From assembly GCA_048499675.1 (NCBI GenBank), contig JASNZL010000002.1, positions 40,138 through 104,137 of the forward strand: a stretch of DNA of 64,000 nt. Direction: 5' to 3'. The stretch is from Candidatus Zambryskiibacteriota bacterium. Its GTDB lineage: Bacteria > Patescibacteriota > Minisyncoccia > Phycocordibacterales > WO2-35-19. Position 1 is the first letter of the stretch, and each line of letters opens with the position of its first letter. The position numbers and the translations under genes are program-made. The notes below the pieces were generated by a model. That model made no database searches. It was not told the origin of the DNA and saw nothing but the letters and a program-made list of their open reading frames with translations. This document shows positions 40,329 to 50,170 of the stretch, piece after piece.

Positions 40329-41912
40329 TTAAGCCACGGAATGCTTGTTTCTAATTTGCTTGATTATTTTTTCTTCTTCTTTTTCTCTCTTCTCTTTACC
40401 CTTTTCTGACATTTTTTTTAGTTCACCTTCTGGCAATTTACTTAGTTCAATTACTCTATTTTCTAAATACTCTTTTGTGTTTAGTTTTGGATCATCTAGT
40501 ATTTCCTCCAATAAAGCATTCAGAATTTGTCCTATTATAGGCCCAGGTTTTACATCCAATAATTCCATTATTCTTTGACCATTAACTTTTAACATTCCAA
40601 CAGAAATCGGATCAGCCATTACCTCTTCTATCATGGCTTGATATTTTCTTAGTCTATACGGATTCTCTTTTGGTCTACCTGTTCCTATTCTGTCACAGTG
40701 CCTAATATTTATTAAATCCCAAACGTTTTCTTTACCAACATTAGATATCATCCTTCTCACCGCAGAATGTGTAATTTGTGCTGTATCTGAGAAAAACATA
40801 TGCCACCTTACCAATTTTGAAACGCGCTCAATTGTTTCACGTGAAAATTTAAGATTCTCTAATATCGCCTTAGTTACACGTGAACCAATTACTTCATGGC
40901 CATAAAATGTCCATTGCTTAGCTTCCTGATCGAACCTTCTACTTGCCGGTTTTGATATGTCATGAAATAGTGCAGATAGTCTCACGTGTAACGGAAAATT
41001 TTTGTCTGCAGAATGTTGAACTGTTTTGATTAAATGAGTCCATACATCATAAGAATGCGCCTTATTTTGCTCAATTCCTATGGTGTCCTCAAGCTCTGGT
41101 ATTACATATGTTAGAACTCCAAGTTTTCTCATTAACTCCAAACCTCCACTTGGATTTGGCGACATTATAATCTTTATAAACTCATCTCTAATCCTTTCTT
41201 TTGAGATAGATTTCAAAATATCCTTATTTTCCAATATTGCTTTCTCAGTCTCTGAATCAATTACAAAACCTAGTTCCACGTGAAATCTAATTGCTCTTAG
41301 TATCCTTAGACCATCTTCATAAAATCTATCTTTTGGGTTGCCAACTGTTTTAATAATTCCTCTAGCCAAATCTGCAACCCCATAAAAAGGATCTATTATT
41401 TCACCCGTATCTGTATCATACGCTATGGAATTTATTGTAAAATCACGCCTCTTTAGATCATCCTCTATCTTATCGCTGAATTTAACACTGTCAGGCCTTC
41501 TATGGTCAGAATAAGCGCCCTCTATTCTATACGGCGTTATTTCTATAACTTTTAAGCTATTATCTCTCAATTTATCATTACTATTGGAATTTAAGCTTTC
41601 CGACTCATTTGTTACATGTGTAACCAAAGAGCCTTCTTCATGGCCTACATCCTCGGTGAATTCGTCAGATTCCTCGACAACGGCTACTGTACCGAAATTA
41701 TTCTCATACACAGTCTTGGGGAAAAGCAGAATAATCTCCTCCGGCTTAGCATTTGTTGTAACATCCCAATCTTTTGGTTTTCTACCCATAAACAAATCTC
41801 TGACACAACCACCAACCAAATATGCCTCAAAACCAGCGTTTTTGAGGACAGATGTTACACGCGAAACCTTTTCGGGTATATCAAATTTTTGTATTTTTAC
41901 ACTATTGTCCAT
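40329..41912 (-). CDS. cca: CCA tRNA nucleotidyltransferase with HD domain
   Basis: VGGCVRD, DWDVTT, RRDFTIN, EDGLRILRAIRF, FHDISKP. Confidence 0.93.
   Translation of the reverse strand: MDNSVKIQKFDIPEKVSRVTSVLKNAGFEAYLVGGCVRDLFMGRKPKDWDVTTNAKPEEIILLFPKTVYENNFGTVAVVEESDEFTEDVGHEEGSLVTHVTNESESLNSNSNDKLRDNSLKVIEITPYRIEGAYSDHRRPDSVKFSDKIEDDLKRRDFTINSIAYDTDTGEIIDPFYGVADLARGIIKTVGNPKDRFYEDGLRILRAIRFHVELGFVIDSETEKAILENKDILKSISKERIRDEFIKIIMSPNPSGGLELMRKLGVLTYVIPELEDTIGIEQNKAHSYDVWTHLIKTVQHSADKNFPLHVRLSALFHDISKPASRRFDQEAKQWTFYGHEVIGSRVTKAILENLKFSRETIERVSKLVRWHMFFSDTAQITHSAVRRMISNVGKENVWDLINIRHCDRIGTGRPKENPYRLRKYQAMIEEVMADPISVGMLKVNGQRIMELLDVKPGPIIGQILNALLEEILDDPKLNTKEYLENRVIELSKLPEGELKKMSEKGKEKREKEEEKIIKQIRNKHSVA
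40833..41868. other. Six parS-like sites inside cca
   Basis: 16-mers at 40833, 40872, 40978, 41272, 41610 and 41853 resembling TGTTNCACGTGAAACA. Confidence 0.75.
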
Positions 41913-41965
41913 ATTTTATAAATTTAATCCTTAGATCAACTTCTTCTGCTGACATCAAACTTTTG

Positions 41966-42037
41966 CGCGCCCGCCAGGATTCGAACCCAGAATAACGGTT
42001 CCGAAGACCGCTGTGATATCCATTTCACCACGGGCGC
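41966..42037 (-). tRNA. tRNA-Arg(TCG)
   Basis: GCGCCCG/CGGGCGC acceptor stem; CT-TCG-GA loop. Confidence 0.95.
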
Positions 42038-42097
42038 GTAAATAAATAGTAACACTTATTCAGTATAATTAATACAAAATATAAGTGCTTTAATGTG

Positions 42098-42168
42098 TGC
42101 GGTCAGGGGGAATCGAACCCCCATCTCAGTCTTGGCAAGACCGTATTTTACCACTAAATTATGACCGC
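42098..42168 (-). tRNA. tRNA-Gly(GCC)
   Basis: GCGGTCA/TGACCGC acceptor stem; TT-GCC-AA loop. Confidence 0.95.
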
Positions 42169-42231
42169 TTCAAGTATAAAAATATACTTGTATATAATTT
42201 AGCATAAATATTTTTATTAACAAAATCAACT

Positions 42232-42448
42232 TTTGGATAAAAATGACAAATCATACCAAAAGACTAAAAGTATTATAGAATTTACGAACAAAAAGTAATA
42301 TAATTAACTTAGTGTCTTTATGGTCTAGTAGACCTTATTTATCAACATAACTGTGGATAACTTTGGGGACACTGTGTATAAGTCAAAGTCAATAGATTTA
42401 ATATATGGCTTAAAATAAGGATTTATTGAAAAGACAGACTTTTACACA
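42232..42448. promoter_or_regulatory. DnaA-box cluster, candidate oriC
   Basis: TGTGGATAA 42352, TGTGTATAA 42373, TTTTACACA 42440; one-mismatch boxes at 42232 and 42339; AT-rich. Confidence 0.5.
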
Positions 42449-42475
42449 GTCCTATAATTATTGACACAATTTTAT

Positions 42476-42901
42476 ATGGCATTACACAACGAACTAGGGG
42501 AAATGGGGGAGAATATTGCTTCTAATTTTCTTATAAATAAAGGTTTTAAACTGATAGAAAGGAACCATAATAGAAAATGGGGAGAGATAGATATAATTCT
42601 ACACAAAGACAAAAGACTACATTTTGTTGAAGTCAAAACAGTAAAAAGACAGTCAGTAAATGGATTTTTTGAGCAACCAATGACAAACACATTATCAAAA
42701 AGCAAAAATGAGATAAGACCCGAGGAAAATATGCACATTCACAAAGTTAAAAGATTGAAACGAGTTATTGAGACATACTTGCTTGAAAATAAACACAAAT
42801 GGGGAAGTGAGGTGGTTTGGCAGTTTGATTTGGTATGTGTTTATGCTGATCCAGATAAAAAAGTGGCTAAGGTAAGTATTATGCAAAATCTTATATTATA
42901 A
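42476..42901 (+). CDS. YraN family (UPF0102) nuclease-like protein
   Basis: LGEMGENIA, GEIDII, HFVEVK. Confidence 0.9.
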   Translation: MALHNELGEMGENIASNFLINKGFKLIERNHNRKWGEIDIILHKDKRLHFVEVKTVKRQSVNGFFEQPMTNTLSKSKNEIRPEENMHIHKVKRLKRVIETYLLENKHKWGSEVVWQFDLVCVYADPDKKVAKVSIMQNLIL

Positions 42902-42966
42902 GCTTAGAGCTTGAAGCTAACCTGCCTGCCGGCGAGGCAGGGGGCTTAGAGAAAAAGAAACATTGT

Positions 42967-43122
42967 TTCGGAGTGCCGAGAATCGTTCCTTACAGGAACA
43001 GTGCAGGTTTCCTATTTATTCGGACAAAGTCCTCATAAATAAAGGAGAACCTTTTCGATTCTCGGACGCAAGCAAAGTAGTTTGCTTGCTCATCCTCACT
43101 ACGTTCGGAGTGCCGAGAATCG
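42967..43122 (-). repeat. tRNA-Pro 3'-end element (137-bp period)
   Basis: TTCGGAGTGCCGAGAATCG at 42967 and 43104, with internal inverted T-arm copy. Confidence 0.85.
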
Positions 43123-43175
43123 AACTCGGACCTAACGCTCCCAAAGCGTTTATACTACCACTATACTACACTCCG
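43105..43175 (-). tRNA. tRNA-Pro(TGG)
   Basis: CGGAGTG/CACTCCG acceptor stem; TT-TGG-GA loop. Confidence 0.95.
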
Positions 43176-43428
43176 TGAATATAAAGATAATACTATGAAA
43201 ATATATTTTTAGCCACTTTTGCTTGAAAATTAATAAATTACACTCTCTCAACAAACAAACTACTAATTCCCTTAAAACTCAATAAAAGCAAGAACTTAAA
43301 TCTAAGTAAAATAAGGTTTTTTGATGATTTTGATAAAGTGGTGGAAATCAACAAAAACAGAGTTTAAAAAACTTGACAGAGTACACCAAAAGTATATACT
43401 TATTATATACTAATTAACTTAAAATATT

Positions 43429-43716
43429 ATGACCTCACAAGTTATTTTTAAAATAGATAAAAAGATGAAAGACGCGGCTCAAGCCAAAGCCAAAAAAGAA
43501 GGGATTTCTCTTGCCGATATTTATAAATCTGCCACCCGATCATATATTGACGGTAATCTTAGTATTGGGCTCATTTATTATGGGACATTAACCCCAAACG
43601 CCAAAACAGGGAGAGCTTTAATGAAGGCTAGAAGGGAAATAAAAGCGGGTAAAAATATGTCGGGCCCTTTCAAAACTACAGCCGAAGTGAATGCTCATCT
43701 TGATAGTTTAATATAA
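43429..43716 (+). CDS. RelB/DinJ-like antitoxin
   Basis: RHH-like N-terminus; TPNAKT...MSGPF; precedes toxin. Confidence 0.8.
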   Translation: MTSQVIFKIDKKMKDAAQAKAKKEGISLADIYKSATRSYIDGNLSIGLIYYGTLTPNAKTGRALMKARREIKAGKNMSGPFKTTAEVNAHLDSLI

Positions 43717-43720
43717 AAAT

Positions 43721-43981
43721 ATGCAATTTTTCTTTAAAGAAAAGTTCAATCATAGCTACAAGAAACTTAGTCCAAAAATAAAAGCAAGATTCAAAGAGAG
43801 AAGGGAATTATTTAGCAAAGAGCCAAACTGCAGAATTCTGAATCTTCACAAACTGAGCGGAAAATACGACGGTATGTGGAGCATAAATATTACCGGCGAC
43901 TACAGAGCTATTTTTGATAAGCAAAATGAAGAAATAATAATTTTCATAAATATAGGCACCCACAGTGAACTATTTAAATGA
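43721..43981 (+). CDS. RelE/YafQ-family mRNA interferase toxin
   Basis: LHKLSGKYDGMWSINITGDYRAIF...IGTHSEL. Confidence 0.9.
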   Translation: MQFFFKEKFNHSYKKLSPKIKARFKERRELFSKEPNCRILNLHKLSGKYDGMWSINITGDYRAIFDKQNEEIIIFINIGTHSELFK

Positions 43982-44291
43982 TTTCGACAAGGTGGTGAAA
44001 ATTTCTCAGGGGAAATAAAATGGTTCATGCGTCCGGAATCAAAAACTGGAATATGTTTTTTATTGGCGTGTTTTTAGTAGAACACGCGAAGTGGGTCACG
44101 AAATTTAACCAATAACTAAATAACTGGGTATTTGTGACCGATTCTAAGCACTCCAATAATACCTTCTTGTCTTTGTAAAGGTGTTACATACTAATTTTAC
44201 AAAAATGTATTCTAATTCTTTTACACAGAAGTGACGTGTATTTGTAAATTGCTGTAATATAATTTAGGTATTATCAATTTACTAGTTATAT

Positions 44292-45566
44292 ATGGTCAAT
44301 GAACAAATGCTTGATTACATCAAGCAACAATCAAGTCAGGGTGTAGATAAAGTTAAAATAAAAGAGTCTTTATTGGGTGCGGGGTGGAAAGAATCTGATG
44401 TTTCAGAATCTTTTAGAATATTGTTTCCAGAAACCACAGTTACTCCAGAGAATAATATCTCTAACAATGAATCCATGGTTCCTCAAGCTGGATTACTTGG
44501 TACCAAACAAATTTTGTCGAACGCATTAGAGGATTATAAAAAACATTTTTTCAAATACGTAGGGGTGTACCTTCTTCCAGTTATACTCATTCAACTATAT
44601 TCTATGTTCGTTATTGATAAAATATTTGGTGTAGATTATGCCGTTGCCGAATCAGTAAATCCATTAATGTTTCTGCTAATAATTCCTGTATTCATTCTAT
44701 TAACTTGGGGTCATTCTTCTCTGATTTCTGTAGTTGTAGACAGAAAGGAAGGTGGTGGCATCGCTCAATATTTCAGTACTGGTTTTTCTAAACTACCTTC
44801 TCTATTATGGGTTCACATCTTAACCCTAACGATCTTGTTTGGATTGTATATGCTCTTTGTTATACCTGGTATAATCTTTTCGTTTTACTTGGCTTTTTCT
44901 GCTTTCTTCATTTTTGATCAAGATATAAAAGGAACAAACGCGCTCAAGGCGAGCAGGTCCTATGTGCAAGGCAACTGGGGAAAAGTTGCCACAAGAGTTT
45001 TCCTAATATCAATCGCCATATTCCTGATGGGGGTATTTCTAGAAATGATCTTATCGCTCGTAGGTCTTGAATCAATTGCCAGTTTTGTAAGTTCAACTAT
45101 TCTGTTCCCGTTGTTTGTTATTGCAAATTATGTTCTATATAAAAATCTTAGGAATATAAAAGGGTTAGTCAACGAAAACGATTTGAAACAAACTGGAGGA
45201 CTAAAGGGTTTCCTGATTTGGGGAATTATTGCTGTTATTTTGGTTACCTTTTCAGTTATAGCACTTAGTGCCATGAAGGGAGCCAGGGACAGGGGAGAAG
45301 AAACAAAAAGTATTTTTTACGATATACAGCGCTCTAGCGATATTTCTACAATAAAACTAGCTTTGGATAGATACTATCTTGAGTATGGATTTTATCCGTA
45401 TATGTTAACTGAACTAAACCCAGTATTTTTAACAAGAGAATTCAATGATCCTGTTACAGGTATGGGTTATGTGTACGAAAGAATAAGTGATGATGAATAT
45501 AGTATTTGCTCAGAATTGTCTTCTGGAGAAAAATATTGTATGACCGAGCAAATGAGCAATTTGTAA
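44292..45566 (+). CDS. Multi-pass membrane protein with pilin-like (GspG-like) C-terminus
   Basis: Multiple TMs; RSSDISTIKLALDRYY...YP...DPVTG...Y. Confidence 0.7.
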   Translation: MVNEQMLDYIKQQSSQGVDKVKIKESLLGAGWKESDVSESFRILFPETTVTPENNISNNESMVPQAGLLGTKQILSNALEDYKKHFFKYVGVYLLPVILIQLYSMFVIDKIFGVDYAVAESVNPLMFLLIIPVFILLTWGHSSLISVVVDRKEGGGIAQYFSTGFSKLPSLLWVHILTLTILFGLYMLFVIPGIIFSFYLAFSAFFIFDQDIKGTNALKASRSYVQGNWGKVATRVFLISIAIFLMGVFLEMILSLVGLESIASFVSSTILFPLFVIANYVLYKNLRNIKGLVNENDLKQTGGLKGFLIWGIIAVILVTFSVIALSAMKGARDRGEETKSIFYDIQRSSDISTIKLALDRYYLEYGFYPYMLTELNPVFLTREFNDPVTGMGYVYERISDDEYSICSELSSGEKYCMTEQMSNL

Positions 45567-45650
45567 TAAAAACCATATGACAATCAAAAACCCGCTAGTA
45601 GCGGGTTTTTGATTAAAATAAAAAAATCATTTTATGCTATTATCCTTTTT

Positions 45651-47357
45651 ATGCCTAAAACGTACAAAGTAAAACCAGAACTACCTAAAAAAACAAAGGT
45701 GGAGCTAAAAGATTTTGACCCTCTGACAGCAAAACTTCTCTCTAATAGAGGTATAACAACAAAAAAAGAAGCGGAAAAATTTGTAAATCCAGATTTTGAA
45801 AACCATCTACATGATCCTTTTTTGCTCTGCGATATGGGGAAAGCGGTAGATAGGATATTATTTGCCATAAAAAAGAATCAAAAAATTGGAATTTGGAGCG
45901 ACTACGATGCAGACGGAATACCTGGGGGCGCGCTTTTGTATGATTTTTTCAAAAAGATTGGTTTTAATAACTTTGTAAACTACATACCAAACAGACATAC
46001 GGAAGGGTACGGGATGAATATAGAAAATATTGAAAGATTGAAAGAAGAAAAGATTGAATTATTAATAACGATAGATTGTGGCATCCGCGACATAAAAGAA
46101 GTCAACAGAGCAAACGAGTTAGGTATTGATGTAATAATTACAGACCACCACGAGCAATCCGATGGGCTGCCTGATGCTTTTGCAATAATAAATCCAAAAC
46201 GAACTGACTCAAAATATCCCGAGCAAGTTTTGTGTGGTACAGGTGTAGTATGGAAACTTATTCAAGCGATATTAATAAAGAATAGGGAATTATTAAAAGA
46301 AGGGCACGAAAAATGGCTTCTTGATTTGGTGGGTATTGCCACTCTTTCTGATATGGTTCCGCTCACTGGAGAGAATAGGGTGCTATCACGTTTTGGACTT
46401 TCTGTTTTGAGGAAGAGTAGGCGATCAGGACTCAATAAACTTTTTCAAATGCTTCGAATGAATAAACAAAATTTGAGTGAAGACGATATAGCTTTTATGA
46501 TAACTCCGCGAATAAATGCGGCGTCCCGAATGGGACATCCGATTGATGCTTTCAATCTTTTGATTGCAGAAAATGATAGCGATGCAGAAACCTATGCAAG
46601 ACACTTGGACCACATCAACAATGAGAGAAAAGGAATTGTTGCAAGCATTACCAAAGAGGCCAAGAAAAAAATAAAAGAAAAGATTTTAAATTTTGGGGAA
46701 AAGCCAGTTATAGTTTTGGGAAACCCAGATTGGCGACCATCACTTTTAGGACTAGTTGCAAACTCTGTTGCCGAAGAATACAAACGTCCGGTTTTTCTCT
46801 GGGGCAAAGAAGGGGGGGATACGATAAAAGGTTCTTGCCGGTCAGATGGTTCTACTAATTTGGTTGCCATAATGGAGAGAGCAAACGGAGCTTTTTTGGA
46901 TTTTGGAGGACACAAATTCTCTGGAGGATTCTCAGTTGATTTTGAAAAAATTCACACACTAGAAGAAACTATTATTGACGCGTGTCTACACTCACCAGTT
47001 TTGGAAGAAGATATTTTTGTTGATGAAGAAATAAGTCTTTCGGATGTTAATCAAAAAACAGTAGAGAAAATTTTTGCACTTGCCCCGTTTGGAGTAGGGA
47101 ATGAAAAACCTGTCTTTACTTTTAGAGATGTGATACCCGAGAGAATAAATCGTTTTGGAAAAAACAAAGAGCATCTCTCTGTTATATTTAGAGATGGAAG
47201 CAGTACAGCAAAAGCAATTTCTTTTTTTACTTCACCTGATCAATTTGGAGACTTGCTCAAAGAGGGAATTAAGACAAATCTTGTAGCAAATATCGAGAAA
47301 TCATTTTTCAATGGCTCAAGTGAAATAAGATTACGCATCGTGGATTTTTTTAAATAA
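45651..47357 (+). CDS. recJ: ssDNA exonuclease RecJ
   Basis: DYDADG, TIDCG, TDHH, PRINAASRM, GGH, APFGVGN. Confidence 0.96.
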   Translation: MPKTYKVKPELPKKTKVELKDFDPLTAKLLSNRGITTKKEAEKFVNPDFENHLHDPFLLCDMGKAVDRILFAIKKNQKIGIWSDYDADGIPGGALLYDFFKKIGFNNFVNYIPNRHTEGYGMNIENIERLKEEKIELLITIDCGIRDIKEVNRANELGIDVIITDHHEQSDGLPDAFAIINPKRTDSKYPEQVLCGTGVVWKLIQAILIKNRELLKEGHEKWLLDLVGIATLSDMVPLTGENRVLSRFGLSVLRKSRRSGLNKLFQMLRMNKQNLSEDDIAFMITPRINAASRMGHPIDAFNLLIAENDSDAETYARHLDHINNERKGIVASITKEAKKKIKEKILNFGEKPVIVLGNPDWRPSLLGLVANSVAEEYKRPVFLWGKEGGDTIKGSCRSDGSTNLVAIMERANGAFLDFGGHKFSGGFSVDFEKIHTLEETIIDACLHSPVLEEDIFVDEEISLSDVNQKTVEKIFALAPFGVGNEKPVFTFRDVIPERINRFGKNKEHLSVIFRDGSSTAKAISFFTSPDQFGDLLKEGIKTNLVANIEKSFFNGSSEIRLRIVDFFK

Positions 47358-47386
47358 TATAGATGTTTTGTGATAATATTTATTTT

Positions 47387-47905
47387 ATGATAAAGAAATT
47401 AGTATTATTGCCAGAAGAAATTATCGAGAGAAAAATTTACCTAATAAAGGGAGTTAAAGTAATGCTTGATAGCGACTTAGCTTTTCTTTATCAGGTACCT
47501 ACTTTTAGATTAAATGAAGCGGTCAAAAGAAACAAAGATAGATTTCCAACCGACTTCATGTTTCAGCTAAACGAAAAAGAGGCAAGGTTTTTGACATCGC
47601 AATTTGCGATACCAAAAGGTCGTGGTGGTCGAAGAACTTTACCGTATGTATTTACAGAACATGGTGTTGCCATGCTCTCTTCGGTTCTAAATAGCAAAAG
47701 AGCAATCCAAGTCAATATTGCTATCATAAGAGCTTTTATAAAGCTCCGCGAACTTTTAGCTACACACAAGAACCTAATTTCAGAAATTAATAAAATAAAA
47801 AGAGAACAAAAAAATCAAAATCAGAAAATTAATTCTGTAATTAACGTCATTGGTCAGATGATAAATCCAAAAGTTGACGAAAAAGAACCGATAGGGTTCA
47901 AATAA
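47387..47905 (+). CDS. ORF6N/KilA-N DNA-binding protein
   Basis: VMLDSDLA, RFPTDFMFQL, PYVFTEHGVAMLSSVL. Confidence 0.92.
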   Translation: MIKKLVLLPEEIIERKIYLIKGVKVMLDSDLAFLYQVPTFRLNEAVKRNKDRFPTDFMFQLNEKEARFLTSQFAIPKGRGGRRTLPYVFTEHGVAMLSSVLNSKRAIQVNIAIIRAFIKLRELLATHKNLISEINKIKREQKNQNQKINSVINVIGQMINPKVDEKEPIGFK

Positions 47906-47963
47906 AAAATATAAAGGTCGTGCCTCAAAGAACGTATCACACGACTTGAATTCACTAAATCAA

Positions 47964-48545
47964 ATGAACAAATATATTATTTATACAGACGGTTCATCGA
48001 GAGGGAATCCAGGTAGGGGAGGATGGGCTGTCATCATTATTGAAAATAATGATGACAGCAAATTCCAAATTACACCTGTCCAGCGAAGCTTCAGCGTAGT
48101 TGGAAATGACACCTGCCTGCCGGCAAGGCAGGAATTACAAATAAAAGAATTAGGTGGGAGGGAAGAGATGACAACGAATAACAGGATGGAGATGACTGCA
48201 AGTATTGAGGGACTGAAGAACACACCAGAGAATTGTGAAGTAGAAATTTATACTGATTCAGAATATTTGATGAAAGGCATAACTCTCTGGATTTATAATT
48301 GGCAAAAAAATAACTGGAGGACCAAAGACAAGAAAGATGTTTTGAACAAGGATTTGTGGTTACAACTTTTGGAAGAGACACAAAAAAGAAAAGTGGTTTG
48401 GAAAAAAGTTTTAGGACATTCAGGAGACAAGTTAAATGATAGATGTGACGAGATTGCTACAAGCTTTGCAGACAACAAAAGTATTGTCCTATATAATGGC
48501 TTAAAACAAGACTATTTTTTGTTTCACCAAAACAGAGAAAAATAG
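47964..48545 (+). CDS. rnhA: Ribonuclease HI with in-frame repeat-derived insertion
   Basis: YTDGSSRGNPGRGGW, TTNNRME, TDSEY, NKDLW, GHSG, NDRCD. Confidence 0.95.
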   Translation: MNKYIIYTDGSSRGNPGRGGWAVIIIENNDDSKFQITPVQRSFSVVGNDTCLPARQELQIKELGGREEMTTNNRMEMTASIEGLKNTPENCEVEIYTDSEYLMKGITLWIYNWQKNNWRTKDKKDVLNKDLWLQLLEETQKRKVVWKKVLGHSGDKLNDRCDEIATSFADNKSIVLYNGLKQDYFLFHQNREK

Positions 48546-48572
48546 TTTTTGTATGTTTCACTCAAACTCTAA

Positions 48573-50054
48573 ATGATTTACTTAAATGTTGTTTCATTTG
48601 CGATAGGAATTTTTTTAAAAGACTACTTCAATATTAGCTGGAGTAGTTTTTTGTTTATGGTTTTGATTGGTATTGTCTCTCTCCTTATCTTGAGAGAAAA
48701 AAAGTATTACAAATTTATAATATGTATTTTGTTTTTGACTCTTGGATTTTTTAGGATGCAAATCACAAATTCTTCCCCTGACCAAACATTACTACAAAAC
48801 ACAGGTATAGCATTTTCATTTGATGCTGTTGTAATCGAGGAGCCGGATATACGTGACAGCGGTACTCGTTACACAATCAAACCAATAGAGTACGAAAGTC
48901 TGATACTTTTGGTTGCCGATAGATTTCCTGAATTGAAATACGGAGACAAAATAAAAGTAGAAGGAAAAATTGAATTACCTAAAAATTTTATTACTGAAAC
49001 AGGCAATGAGTTTGATTACATTTCTTTCTTATCAAAAGATAAAATTCATTTTTTGATTTATAGACCAAAGATAGAAAAAATTGAAGAAGGAGAAGCAAAC
49101 GTATTGGTTGGCGCACTTTATAAACTCAAAAATAATTTTATAGAAAATATTGGAAGTGTTGTGAGAGAACCCGACTCATCACTTCTGGCTGGACTTATAT
49201 TTGGAGTGAAGCAATCTTTGGGACAAGACCTTCTGGATAATTTCAAAAAGGTCGGACTTGTTCACATCATTGTTCTCTCAGGTTACAACATTACAATCGT
49301 TGCGATGGCAATTCTTTATGTAACTGCTTACACTGGGAAAAGAACTTTGGGATTTATTTTGGCTGGAATTGGAATTGTACTTTTTGCAATTATGGTTGGT
49401 CTTGGTGCGACTGTGGTGAGAGCAAGTGTGATGGCTCTAATTGCAATTATTGCGAGACACTTAGGCAGACCGTCAGACGCTTTGCGTGCTCTATTTGTGG
49501 CCGGCTTCTTGATGCTTCTCTGGAATCCACTCACACTTATTCGCGATCCATCTTTTCAACTTTCCTTTAGTGCAACACTTGGTTTAATTTTGTACTCACC
49601 ATTTGTATACAATTTTGTTTCAGAAAAAATACCCGTGGTGACAGAAAAGCTTGGACTCCGAGAAATTCTTTCTTCAACTTTTGCAGTACAACTTTTTGTT
49701 TTACCACTTCTAACAAAAATGTCGGGAGTGGTTTCGATAATTTCTTTTATTGTTAATTTGATTGTTTTGCCTCTCGTTCCTTTTGCAATGTTTTTTGGAT
49801 TTCTCACTGGACTTTTAGGATTCATTCCACTCTTAGGAGTGCCCCTTTCGTGGATAGCAGGAATAGTTGCATTTGTATTTACTAAAATAATAATTACTGT
49901 GACAGAAATTGGAGCAAGTGTGCCATTTGCAGTTTTAAAAACTGGCACACTTCCACTATTCGGAATAATAGTTTGGTATCTGGTTTATGCTTTTGTTTAT
50001 TTAAAAATAAAAAAATTAAAACCAGCAAACAAAATTAATAGCAACACAATTTAA
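48573..50054 (+). CDS. comEC: ComEC/Rec2 competence channel (membrane part)
   Basis: HIIVLSGYN, VVRASVM, SFQLSFSAT. Confidence 0.93.
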   Translation: MIYLNVVSFAIGIFLKDYFNISWSSFLFMVLIGIVSLLILREKKYYKFIICILFLTLGFFRMQITNSSPDQTLLQNTGIAFSFDAVVIEEPDIRDSGTRYTIKPIEYESLILLVADRFPELKYGDKIKVEGKIELPKNFITETGNEFDYISFLSKDKIHFLIYRPKIEKIEEGEANVLVGALYKLKNNFIENIGSVVREPDSSLLAGLIFGVKQSLGQDLLDNFKKVGLVHIIVLSGYNITIVAMAILYVTAYTGKRTLGFILAGIGIVLFAIMVGLGATVVRASVMALIAIIARHLGRPSDALRALFVAGFLMLLWNPLTLIRDPSFQLSFSATLGLILYSPFVYNFVSEKIPVVTEKLGLREILSSTFAVQLFVLPLLTKMSGVVSIISFIVNLIVLPLVPFAMFFGFLTGLLGFIPLLGVPLSWIAGIVAFVFTKIIITVTEIGASVPFAVLKTGTLPLFGIIVWYLVYAFVYLKIKKLKPANKINSNTI

Positions 50055-50099
50055 AATCTACACTATTTTTACGGTCGTAAAAATAGTGTAGATTTTAAA
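50050..50099. repeat. Long near-perfect palindrome after comEC
   Basis: TTAAAATCTACACTATTTTTACG-GT-CGTAAAAATAGTGTAGATTTTAA. Confidence 0.7.
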
Positions 50100-50170
50100 A
50101 TTTTAATTTAATGATAAAAATCGTAAAACGAAATCCGCCAAACCTTTCGGTTTGGCGGGAATAGGGAGAG

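Noticed and set aside
43010-43045. Hammerhead ribozyme (TGA-GGAC-TTT-GTCC-GAA on the minus strand)
   Set aside because: Lacks the CUGANGA core and three-stem junction.
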